Part shown: positions 13,400 to 24,610 of the stretch, one piece after another
Position numbering within the stretch: position 1 is the first letter of the stretch
Layout: each line of letters begins with the position of its first letter
NCBI RefSeq assembly: GCF_009914755.1
Contig: NC_060942.1
DNA from: the human T2T-CHM13v2.0 reference genome, Homo sapiens
Strand: one strand, 5' to 3'
Length of the DNA: 64,000 nt
Notes under the pieces: model-generated
Seen by the model: the letters and a program-made list of their open reading frames with translations, nothing else
What the model was told of the DNA's origin: nothing
The model's database searches: none
Made by a program: the position numbers and the translations under genes

Positions 13400-14045
13400 A
13401 ATATACACATATGCATATTTTAAAACATAAGAAGTAAAAATAACTTTATTATGAAACTATTAGAAGTTAATTGTAGAAAAACTAGAAAATAATAAAGAAA
13501 AAATTTAAAGTCATTTAAGTCCAAAGATAATCACTGTTGATACTTTATATTGATTCAAAAATATAGGCCTGTGAAGATTTCAGTATTACAAAGATGGACT
13601 AATGCTGTATGGAATGCTTTGCAATTTGCTTTTTTACTAACTAAATCTTGAAAACCTTTTGTGATGTACTTCTCATGAGCAGGATGTACATAATTTATTT
13701 TATTCTATCCTTTAATATTGGAAATTCACTTGTTACTAATTTTCAGTTTTACTAAGAGCTTTGAGTATAAAATTCTGGTGACCAAATCTTTGGCACATTT
13801 TTAATTAACTCCTGGGTACAAATCATTCAAAGGGGAATTATAAGGTCAAACTGAATGCATGTTTTAAAAACTTTTGATAATCACCTGCTTGTAGACCTTT
13901 TTTGTTTCATCTTTTTGAATTGTCAGTTGCTGCATTTTCTTCACTTAAAACTGAAGAATTTGTTTTTGTATTAATTTATAACATATTTACATATTATGTC
14001 TATTAAGTTTTTGTCCTATGTACAAATATTTTGCTCATTTTCTCT
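13400..14045 (-). mobile_element. Highly diverged L1ME fragments
   Basis: AT-rich L1ME 3'-region-like motifs (aggggaattataaggtcaaa...gttttaaaaacttttgata). Confidence 0.45.
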
Positions 14046-14074
14046 CTCGATACTGAGATTTCTAAGATTTCTAA

Positions 14075-14230
14075 GAGAGTAGATTTTAAGTATTCTCACC
14101 ACAAAAATCTATAAGAGGTAATGCATATGTGAAATAGTTTTATTTAGCCATTCCACAATGTACATATATATAAAAGCATGTTGCGTACCATAAATATATA
14201 CAACTTTCACTCGTCAACTGACAATTAAAT
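14075..14230 (+). mobile_element. L1MA 3' end fragment
   Basis: gagagtagattttaagtattctcaccacaaaaa...gaggtaatgcatatgt...ttagccattccacaatgta is the characteristic L1MA terminal sequence. Confidence 0.8.
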
Positions 14231-14530
14231 AGCCAGGTGTGGTGGCTCATGCCTGTAATCTCAGCACTTTGGGAGTCCGAGGCCAGCAGATCACTTGAGG
14301 TCAGGAGTTTGAGACCAGCCTGGCCAACATGGCGAAACCCTGTTCTCTACTAAAAATACAAAAATTAGCCAGGTGTAGTGGTGCACACCTGTAGTCCCAG
14401 CTACTCAGGAGGCTGAGGCAGGAGATTTGCCTGACTCCCGGGAGGTGGAGGTTGCAGTGAGCCAAGATTGCGCTACTGCACTCCAGCCTGAGTGACAGAA
14501 TGAGACTCCATCTCAAAAATAAATAAATAA
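14231..14530 (+). mobile_element. AluS (Sx/Sz-like), full length
   Basis: Both monomers, central tactaaaaatacaaaaattag and an (AAAT)n tail. Confidence 0.97.
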
Positions 14531-14544
14531 GTGAACAAACAAAA

Positions 14545-15723
14545 ATAGTGTATTCCTTTTTATTACCAAGTGATATTCCACTGTACGAACAAACCAAGAT
14601 GTAATAATCTCCTGTCGATAGGCATTTTGATTGCTGCTAGTTTTTGGCTATTTTGAATACAACTACAGTAGAATGGATATTCTTGTTCAAATCTTTTCGT
14701 GGATACATATTTCATTTGTTTTGGGTACACATTTAGAAAGTAACTTACTGAGAGTGCAGACCTGTGTTTATCTTTGTATAAAAATACTAAGCAAAGTGTA
14801 ACACTTTATATTCCCTCCAGCAATGTCTACCATAGTGCTCCACATCCTGACCAACACTTGGCATTACCAATGTTTTACTGTAACCATTCTGGTAAGTGTA
14901 GTATGGTATTTCACTGTGGTTTTAGTTTTTATTTGTTGGACTAATGATGTGATATTTTATGCATTTGTTCTTCATGTACTTTCTTTTGTTAAATGTCTGT
15001 GAAATGTCTCTTTGATTTTTATTGGGTTGTTTGTCTTTTTATAGATTTCTAAGAGTTCTTTGTGTATTTTGGATGCAAGTCATTCAGTTATATGCATTGC
15101 AATATTTTTCTAATATATGACTTAACAATTTATTGTCTTAATAACATCTTTTTAGAAATGGAATTTTTAATTTTTGTGATTTCCAATTTATAATTTTTAT
15201 TATTAATGCTTTTAGTGTTATTTCTAAGAAATGTTTGCACATTCTGAGATGGCAAGGATAGTGTCTTATAATTTCTTTTAGAAGATTTCTGATTCTAGCT
15301 TTTATATTTAGGTTTATAATTCATCTAGAATTAGTTATTTTTGTGTGGAGGATCTAGAGGTTAGGCTTCACTATTTTTCATATAGATATTCCAGCATTAT
15401 TTGTTAAAATGACTTTCTTTACCCCATTGAAAGGACTGATTATCTTGCTTAAAAATAAATTGACCATATATGTGTGAGTCTACTTTAGACTCTATTCCAT
15501 TCTAATGATCTATTTCATCATCATTATATCAATACCACACTCTCTTGTTTACCCTAACATTATAGTAAATCTTAAAATCAGATAGTGTAAATACTCAATA
15601 CTCAAACTGTGTTCCTTTTATACAACATTGTTTCAGCTCTTCCAGATCATTTGCATTTAAACACATACATATATATGCCCATGTATCATTGTAAAAATGT
15701 CATTATAAGATTTATATGTGCAT

Positions 15724-15756
<33 letters not shown>

Positions 15757-16600
15757 AATTTCTTTGAAAGGCCTCCTTGGAATGTTATTGAAATTGCACT
15801 GAATTTGTAAATCAATTTCAAATGAAAGGACATCTTTCATTACTGTGTCTTCTAATCCATGAACATAGTATACTTCTCCATTTATTTAGGTCTCTCCAGA
15901 TTCTGTTCAGGCACACTCTCTTCTTTTTTAGGTAGCATATTTACTCAGCAGTACTTCTGAGCTACCATGCAGAAGCTGGGGGCAGAGATACCTATCTGCT
16001 TCTCCTGGAATAACAATCCCTGCACTAAGGGTGGTTGCTTGGGGAGTGTGGTAGCTTCTGGTTTTCTGATTGCTCCTACTGATAAACTTCTGTACTGCAA
16101 GCAACCTGGGGCAGAGACTGTTGGGGGCCTGGCACCTAGGGTAGAGCTTCTACCCTACCAGCAGAGGCTAGGTGAGGAAAGCAAGATCTTGTCCTCTTGG
16201 TCATGTTTATCTGCAACATGGGGCAGGTGGGGGTGAAAAGCCCTGTTGCCTTTCCCTTCCCATGGTGTAACCATAGCCCTAAGCTGGGAGCTGGGGATGC
16301 AGAGAGACCCTATCTTCTTGGCTGTACCGACCTGTAGTGGAACACCCAAGTAGAGCCTCTGTAACATTGACCTGTGGTGGGGGAGACAGTTGTGCTTCAA
16401 ACGCTGCAGACTCTCACTGTTCTTAAAAAATATTTAGTAGATTTTTAAAAATAAGTGTTTTGCCATTTGCTGTATATCCTTAAGAAAATTTCTATGAACT
16501 TTAAATAATTGATTTTTATAGTTTTTATTCCAGTTAAATGGTTGTTTTGCTGGGGAGAGGATCTGATGGGCTCCTCATTCCATCATTCCAGATGTCTTGC
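14545..16600 (-). mobile_element. Old L1M fragments (ORF2/3' region 14545-15900 and 5'-end-like piece 15940-16600)
   Basis: Antisense L1 ORF2 motifs (ccaacacttggcatt, ccagcattatttgttaaaa, ctaatccatgaacatagtata, tttatttaggtct). Confidence 0.75.
15726..15755. repeat. (AC)15 microsatellite
   Basis: Direct observation. Confidence 0.97.
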
Positions 16601-18414
16601 CTCTAAACTCATTGGTTTTTTTGATATCTCATTCTAAGGATGAAACAGTCATAAGGAGAGATGGCTCTTCCTGAAGCCATCGTGATTGGGAAGAAGCCAA
16701 GTTCTGTGGATGGACAGTGGAAACTATGCTCCACACCCATCCTACCCCAAAGTCATTCTCCCTAGAGCTCTCCAGGTGGCCCCTCACCTGCTCACAGCCT
16801 TGCGCTCCAAGTGCCCTGTTATCTTTCATGGTTAGCCTCCTAAAACATGTCAGTGACATTTGTCAATTATATCTTTCTCAATTCTAAATTATGCTGCTCA
16901 ATATGTGATACCCTCATGGTCAGTTGCTCTATGTTTTCTTACACAGCAATAAGGTCAACTCATAAATGAATTCATGCTGATATTCTAATGGGAAGAGCCT
17001 GAAGGAATCCCTGAGCACACTCTCTTTCTTTCCACATAGCAAATATACGGCTGAATAATAGGCAGTGGGAGACCATATTCCTATTTTTATAGTGTTGGAG
17101 AATGGTTTCCAAATCTTAGTAACTATGGTGAAGCTTTAATCCAACCCACAAAAGAAGAGGGAAATAATGACAATTGCAACGAGTTTCATGAGACTAAATT
17201 TAATCACTTTAAGGGACTGCTTCTGGGCTCATGGGTGTTTTTTTTTTTTTTCTATTTTTGTTGTTAAAATGACCTTTCTGTAATGAAATGTTGGTTGTGG
17301 TAGATGGTAGTTTTGCCTGGTTTAATTTTAATATTATTATTTTATATTTCTGCTGTGCATATGTTACTGAATATGTTTGGTAAATTTCACTCTTTCTGGA
17401 GTCAGGGAACTGCAGCTCTAACCCACAGTTGGAACTAATGGAAAACATTTCAGATTGAGTTAGAAACAAACATAACACCATTGAACTTATTGAAGAAGGC
17501 ATTTTGGGCCATGCAGAGCTTTTCTCCACCATTCAGATCTACATATCTGACTGAGGATCTCATAGTGGTGTTCTATTATAGAAGATAAAGCAAATAGTTA
17601 TAATCCAGCTGACATTTTACCTTTTGCTAATAAATATGTCCTATCTGAAGCCAAAGTCTCACTAAATCAGAATAACGTCTATTGTTTCCATTAGATTGCT
17701 GGCCACATGGTTTTCAGATAAAAGGAAATCTGATTAATCTAACAGTTTACATTCCATATAAAAAAGATTTTTTCAGTACCATGATAATTTCCAGGAGGTG
17801 ATTTTTGTTATTAAGGAATAATCATCCAATTTATTTAATAAAGTCTAAAAAGCATGTAAAATAGAATACTTGCCAAAAATACAGCTATGCAAGCTATGCA
17901 CTTGTTTCATTTTCCAGATTTTATAGCAATTGATACAAAAGAAGGTTTTGCCTTATCATGATGCTTTTGTCAATAAAATCTATCTAATTATCGATTGGCA
18001 AAGATTTGGTTAAATCAGATGTTTTGCATTATGTAGAAAGCATATGTACTTAGTAAAATCCTTTTTCATGAACTGAAATATATAATGATGCTTGAATATA
18101 CTTTACTTTTCTGAGGTAAACTAATGTTTTCTTTAGTCATTTGATTTTATTTGGATCTTATTGGTAGAATCTAACTATTTGACAGTTCTACATGGTCACT
18201 GGTTACTATCTGAATAAAATTAGAAATAAAAGTGGCACTAAGAAGCTGGGTTTTAATTCCATTTCTCCCTATCTCTATCATTCCTAGTTCTATATGACTT
18301 TATTTTGCATCAGCAAAAGATACTGCTTTGAGGAAATTTCATGAACCACATTTGACTATCTTCCAATCCAAGAGTAATTTGAGTCAAACTGTCCAAGAAG
18401 TGCCTTTCTCTATG

Positions 18415-18600
18415 ATGATGATGACAGTGATGACAGTCATCCCTCATGGAGCCTGTACTGTGTACCAGGCGCTGTTGCAAGCACTTCATACATATCAACT
18501 CATCCAATACTCATGACAACTCCATGGAACTTTAAGAATAAAATAATTATTTTTTTCAGATAATAATTAACTTGGAACTGGATGAATAATAAACTGAGAG
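18415..18600 (-). mobile_element. MIR fragment
   Basis: gagcctgtactgtgtaccaggcgctgttgcaagcacttcatacatatcaactcatccaatactcatgacaac is a MIR core in antisense. Confidence 0.7.
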
Positions 18601-18615
18601 TTTCTATTTGCCAGA

Positions 18616-18792
18616 GCAACACTCTCAACCCTGAATGCATGTGTACACACCAGGAGAACTTTTTTAAAATGGAGTGCCTGACACTAACTCAAAGGTTCTG
18701 ATTGAATTGGACTAGAGTGGGGCCCAGGCATTGCTATTTATTTTAAAAAGCACCTGATGTGGGTTGACTGTGCTGCCAGGGGAGAGCACTAA
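18616..18792. mobile_element. MER5A-like hAT-Charlie MITE
   Basis: ctctcaaccctgaatgcat...ttctgattgaattggactagagtggggcccaggcattgctattt...gagagcact. Confidence 0.65.
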
Positions 18793-18794
18793 GG

Positions 18795-18900
18795 CCTTAT
18801 GTTCCAGCTTTCACTTAGTAACTGTGTGTTTCGGGGACATCACTTAACCTGTCTGAATATCATCTGAAAAGTAAGAACAATAGTTCCCCATTATAACTCA
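18795..18900 (+). mobile_element. MIR fragment
   Basis: cagctttcacttagtaactgtgtg...cacttaacctgtctgaa...catctgaaaagt. Confidence 0.55.
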
Positions 18901-20150
18901 CGAGTCAGATGTGTTTCAAAAAGGCAATGAATTATTGTTTGCCAACACACTTTAAAAATTGAAAAGTGATCATATAAAATATTATCATTAACTGCAAAAA
19001 GTACCAGTATAAAATACAAAAATAGCAAACTCTATAAGCCCAATCTTGTAAAATGCATAGACAAATAATCTCTGCAAGTACTTTTGTTTCATACAATGAG
19101 ATTCTGAAGGTACTGCAGAAAGCTAGGTCATTGCACTTTAACACATCTTCTAAGAATGAAGCACATCATTAGTTTCTTGGATTTCAGAGATTCATTTGCA
19201 AAAACTTTGTCTTTCTTTGTCCTATCCTAAGCAATCCAGCTAGTTCTGGGAAGAGACCCAGAAAACATAAATTCAAATACAGGAAGAATATATACATAAG
19301 ATAATGGAACAGCTGCCAACAACAAATATATTTTCAGAACAGAGCCCTAGCTCTATGCCCAATTATACAGCACAAAGTAATCATAATAAGGTTGATAATC
19401 AGCATGAGAAAAATCACAGGAAAAATAAGGGAACCTTTACTCTCCATTAGCCACTTGATAAAATTTCAACGATCTTTGGTCACAGGATACAGCTATGGAT
19501 CTGCCATTATGAACCTGAATTTTTGGATAATGCATGTTTAAAAAGAGAGTTGTATTTAAATACTACTAGCTCTTCAGAACGCTAAAATTTGGAATAGGCT
19601 TTGGAATGCTTGGTAGAGCAATCTGGCTTTTCATGAGTTTCAAGAGACACCAGGCAGCAAACAAAACTCAGGACTGCTGACACAGTCAGCAGGAAGAATT
19701 TTAGGCTGGTGGCAAGGTTGATGTCTTTGGAATTCTTTCAGAAGTCCAAGGGGCTCTTGGCTATGAGAAACTAAAATTTCTAATTACTATTCATTTTTTA
19801 AAAAAACAAATTTTAGTAGGTTGTTTCTGTTTTGATTTTACATGTAACACAGTATCAAAACTAGCATACCAAAGAAAAAAAAGGAAAGAGAAAGCAAATT
19901 ATTTAATATTGGGAAGAAGGGAAGCAATGCCTGCTTTTTAAGTGCTATTCCCAAAGGTGGGTTATTTCCTGTCTTCTAAATTCAGACACAAATACATTCA
20001 TAAGGCAGAGTAAAAGGAAAACTTTTTTTTCATTTAAATATGTTTATAAATTGCATAAAATAATTCAAGCTTATAACATTCTTTTGGCAAACATTGGCCG
20101 ATGGAAATTTTTGTCACATGCATTCGTTATAGTCTGAGCCAAGGACGTTT

Positions 20151-20180
20151 CCTCTCTTTCTCTCTCTCTCTCTCTCTCTC
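20151..20180. repeat. (TC)n microsatellite
   Basis: Direct observation. Confidence 0.9.
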
Positions 20181-20639
20181 ACATATTTGACAGTAGTGTA
20201 CACAAGAGCTAAACGATGCCAAGACTAATATTGTTTTAAATAGATACACTCTACATTTTTAAAGGAAAGGAAATAAATGTCAAACGGGAATGTTGCATCA
20301 CAAATAAGTTAGGCTGTACTCACGGGCAGGAAGGAGTACAACGCTAGTTTTCCAATCCATTTACACATCCTGATTGATAACTATTGACTTTCTAATTAGC
20401 CTTTCAGATAAGCCAAAAAAAAAAAAAATCATCAGCCCCCATTTTTCCCGAGCTGCCTTGTTTTCATCAGCATCTTCCATTCTTCCCACGCCTAAGTGAA
20501 GTTGCTTCCACTCTGGGACTCTGGGATACCATCTGGGGGCGATGGGGTTGGGGGGGGGGTGGTGGGTGGTGATTGCACTCTCCAGCTCCTCCCTGTTCCT
20601 TCAGGTGACCCCAGGCACGTTTCCTCCACCTGCTCCTTG

Positions 20640-21510
20640 CCTGCTGAACTTCCTCTTACCTCTGCCCTTCTTAGCTACACAGGCTCCTGGTCTCCACAAT
20701 TTCATTGACCATCTGTGTTACTCTCCCGGGGCTGCCAGAACAAAATACCACAAACTAAGTGACGTACAACAACCAAAATTTGTCTTCTCACTGTTCGGGA
20801 GGCTGGAAGTCCGAAATCAAGGTGTCCAGAGGATTGCGTTCCCTCTGAGTGTCCGAGTAGGATCCCTCCCCGCCCCGTCCAGCTGCTGCTGTGTGTTTGT
20901 TGGCCACCCTTGCATTGCAGCTGCGTCACTCCGGTCCACTCCAGCCTCTGCCTCTGTCTTCACGTGGCCTTCCCCCTGTGCGTCTCTGACTTCACACAGG
21001 CATCTTCTCATAAACATACCAGTCATACGGGATTAGGGGCCCAACCTACTCCAGTATGAACTCATCTGAACTAATTACACCTGTAACAAACCTCTCTTCA
21101 AATGAGGTCATATTCTGAGGTATTGGGAGATAGCACTTCAACATATTTTAGGGGAACACACTTCAACCCATAATACCATCTTTATACTGAAGACTCGTAA
21201 TGCTTCCTCTAGCATGAACCTCCCCCATACCCTCTATATTTTAGACTCTTCAGGTCATTTGAGTTTTTCTGGTGAGCATTTCACACTGGATGGTCTACAG
21301 ATACTATGAAATCAATGTGCCTACATTGGATTGCATTATTTTCCATAGTCTCTGCTTCCTTCTGTAGTTTCTCTCCCAGTTAGTTGTGTTTCAGGCATCC
21401 ACTCCAGGATGATGGGCACCTGGGATATCCCTGGCTGGTTAGTCACTTTTGACCATGCCTCTGACCCATCTGCCCCTCCACATGCCCCTGAAATGCCCTC
21501 TAGGCAGAAG
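20640..21510 (+). mobile_element. L2 fragment interrupted by MLT1C
   Basis: L2-like sequence on both sides of the LTR (catttcacactggatggtct...atcaatgtgcctaca). Confidence 0.5.
20714..21175 (-). mobile_element. Solo MLT1C MaLR LTR with intact 5-bp TSD
   Basis: ggggctgccagaacaaaataccacaaact...cttcaacccataata. Perfect CCATC at 20709-20713 and 21176-21180. Confidence 0.9.
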
Positions 21511-21547
21511 CATTCACTTCCCTGGCAACTTGAAGTGCTGCTGACTT

Positions 21548-21679
21548 CAGTATAGTCATCTCCCGCTGACAGCATAGACAGACATCTCTCACTGACAGTA
21601 TAGACATCTCTCGCTGTCAGTATAGACAGACATCTCTCACTGACAGTACAGACATCTCCCGCTGACAGTATAGTCATCT
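21548..21679. repeat. Minisatellite of alternating 26/22-bp units (48-bp dimer), about 6 units
   Basis: ctgacagcatagacagacatctctca / ctgacagtatagacatctctcg repeated. Confidence 0.92.
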
Positions 21680-21984
21680 GCAGAAACAGCCTTCAGTGGG
21701 AGACAGAGCTTTGCCCAAAGTTTGAGCCTGTGTCTAATGGCTGTTGTGTGGGGGGGAATAAGGCTCAACCTCCTCGCCTCAACTTGGGAAGACTTGCAGA
21801 AGCCCTCCCAGCAGCGGCATTACCTGAAGGTTGGTTTAGTTCTTTGTGGAGATGTCCTTGCAGTCCAATTTCCCCTCTCCTCCACCTCACTTTCTTCCCT
21901 CCCCGATGGATGTCAGACCTAGAGTACGCTCCAGGAAACACTGCCTGCTGCTGGTCTCCGCTTCAGGGCCTCCTGAGGTATGTT

Positions 21985-23075
21985 TTGGTGCTGGTTCACC
22001 CACTGGCCAAGGAGCTTGCAATGAGGACCTCAATTCTGGCATACGCAACAGGCACGGCTCCAGCACAGGAGTGAATGCAACTGTTAAAACTTGCACCGTG
22101 GTGATCTGGGATGGTGCAAGAGGTGAAAAAAATGCAGTTCTTAGAAAACATATCAGGGACTTGATAAATATGGGGAAAGGGTAATGATAAGGACACAGGA
22201 TTTAGCTAGCTATTCCCCGGGGGGAAGCTGATGCTTTGGAAAGTGGTGACAGAATCTGAGAGGAATTAAGAAGGGGAACGAGAAGCAGAGCGGCCTCCTT
22301 GGCGACTTATGCAGAGACTCTCAAGATCTTCAGCCAGTGGTGGGGAAACCGAGAACCAGGACCAGCTTCTAAATGTGGAACACAGAGTTTCAGAGAAAGT
22401 GGAGTTCTCAACCTAGGGAAATCTATGGCTAAGGTCAGGGCCCTACTTGGAAAAGCATGGAACCCTGAGAATAAAATAAAAATATGCGTTTGGTGCACTT
22501 GAAAATCTTATCCCCGGTGTCTTTTAATCCTCAGAATGCAGAAGTACTCTCCTTCTCCCTGGTAGAGGCTGACTCTCTCACATTAATTAGACATACAGGG
22601 CCTCTTATTTGAAGACCATGTATCACCCTATAAGGTCGGAACCTCCTGGACAGGAGGGTAGCAGCCAGGGTTGAGTCACATGTACACTTGGCCAGGGAGT
22701 GATTGGGCCTGGCTGGGGCAGGAGCAGCCTCAACACCAAAGGAGGGGCCAGGACCAGAAAACACCTGCCCCTAGAAGCTGAGAGCACAATAAACAGTGCT
22801 GTTTGAGGGTATCTATTCAAGAGCCGGGAAGGCAGGCAGAAGATAGTGTTATAAAAGAGAGAGTTCGCCAGTGCTGGACGACTCTCTTCAGATACAGCAT
22901 TTAACATCATGGCAAAGTCCCTGGGAGAGATTGCTAACAAACTGCTCAGGAGGCTTTTCAGAAGCTTTGAGAAAACCATGACCCACACCCGGCGAATAGA
23001 CAGGCAGGGATGGAGGCAGCTGGAGAAAGAAGGGGTCAAAGCCTCCAGAACCTGGGTATGTGAAGGTTGGCGGGA
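21985..23075 (+). mobile_element. ERV-L family internal fragment (HERV16/ERVL-E-like), decayed gag
   Basis: Peptide AKVRALLGKAWNPE matches ERV-L gag KVRALIGKEWDPE. The downstream FNIMAKSLGEIANKLL matches the ERV-L capsid region FNTLARTPGDGANTLL. Frameshifts and stops throughout. Confidence 0.75.
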
Positions 23076-23106
23076 GCATGACGTCAGGGTGCTTTGAGAA
23101 GGGGCC

Positions 23107-23190
23107 TGTCTGTGTGTGTGTCTGGGTGTTTGTGTGTGTGTGTGCGTGTGTGTGTGCACGTGTGTGTGTGTTTGTGTGTGTGTGTGTGTT
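23107..23190. repeat. Interrupted (TG)n microsatellite
   Basis: Direct observation. Confidence 0.95.
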
Positions 23191-23339
23191 TGGGGAGAAG
23201 CTCTGAGGAGTAGGGTTGGGAGTGTATGGTCAGGTGCTCAAAAGAGAAAGGCCAGCTGTCTTCCCCATCAGTGGGTTTGGATCAACCCCAGTCCACAATC
23301 CCACGGATCCTTCACAGCCCCCTCACATAGAAATGTTCC

Positions 23340-24610
23340 CAGATCATTACACACTCTTTATAGATGTCATTTTAATGCCTGGTTAATATTTCATGTATGA
23401 CTTGGTCATTTGTTATTTAACCCTTTATGTCCTATTCAGTGTCTACTTCCAGTTTGGTGATTTTATTAAAATAATACTATGAAGAACTCACTTGTGCAAG
23501 CTTTTTTTTTTTTTTTTGCATTTTCGTAGGTTTATTAGAAGTAGAATTATTAGGCCAAAAATTAGAAAGATTTTTTTTACTTCCTGGATGTAATTTTTTG
23601 AATATATAAAATATTTTCATGGTTCATACATCAAAAATATGTAAAAATATAAATTTAAAGAATGCTGACTCATATCCCTATGCCCTCCACCAATCCCATC
23701 CACCCCACAGGCAATCATTCAATTTCTGGTTTATCCATCTTTTGTTTCTTTTTAAAATATGATACATACATGTGTGTGTGTGTATAAACATATTTCTCAT
23801 TCTTTCTTATATGAAGGTAGCATATATATATATGCCTACACACACACACACTATTCTGTATCATGCTGTTTTTACTTGTTTGCTCATAAAGACCTTCCTC
23901 ATTTTTTATGGCTGCATGATATACCATTATGTAGCTATATCATAATTTATTCAACTTTTATTTCCTTATTGATGCTCATTTGGATTGAGTCAGTCTTTTG
24001 CTTTTGTAAATAATGACACAATAAACAATCTTGTTCTTAAATCCTGTTTTTGTTTTGTTTTGTTTTGTTTTTTGTTTTTGTTTTTTTTTTTTTTGAGATG
24101 GAGTCTCGCTGTCGCCCAGGCTGGAGTGCAGTGGCGCAATCTCGGCTCACTGCAACACTGCAAGCTCCGCCTCCCGGGTTCACGCCATTCTCCTGCCTCA
24201 GCCTCCTGAGTAGCTGGGACTACAGGCGCCCGCCACCTTGCCCTGCTAATTTTTTGTATTTTTAGTAGAGATGGGGTTTCACTGTGTTAGCCAGGATGGT
24301 CTCGATCTCCTGACCTCGTGATCCGCCCGCCTCGGCCTCCCAAAGTGCTGGGATTACAGGCGTGAGACACCACGCCTGGCCTTAAATCTTGTTTTATATT
24401 GATGTGGCAAACTATCAGAGTAGACTCCCAGATTCTTAGAAAGAAAATTGGCAGGTAAAATGGTAAATATAGAGGTAATTTTATTAGGTATTTCCAATTC
24501 TCTTCTGTAGGGCTTATATCATTGTTTCTTATGAGAGTTCCTGTTCCCCCCACCAGCTTATATAAACATTTTTAATCCACATGACCAAATTTATTTTTTT
24601 CCAAATCTGC
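23340..24610 (-). mobile_element. Old L1ME/MC 3' fragments, split by AluY
   Basis: Antisense L1 3' motifs (ttttatggctgcatgatataccatt, ttttgcttttgtaaataatg). Confidence 0.6.
24051..24381 (-). mobile_element. AluY with 14-bp TSD and an internal 8-bp duplication
   Basis: AluY diagnostics (gcaagctccgcc, cacgccattctcc, ttagccaggatggtctcgatctcctgacctcgtg). TSD ttaaatc(c/t)tgtttt at 24037-24050 and 24382-24395. Confidence 0.97.

Noticed and set aside
23985-24553. ORFs reading [20 protein letters not shown] / [13 protein letters not shown] (also at 14301, 30418, 40088, 41027, 52517)
   Set aside because: These are standard Alu translations.
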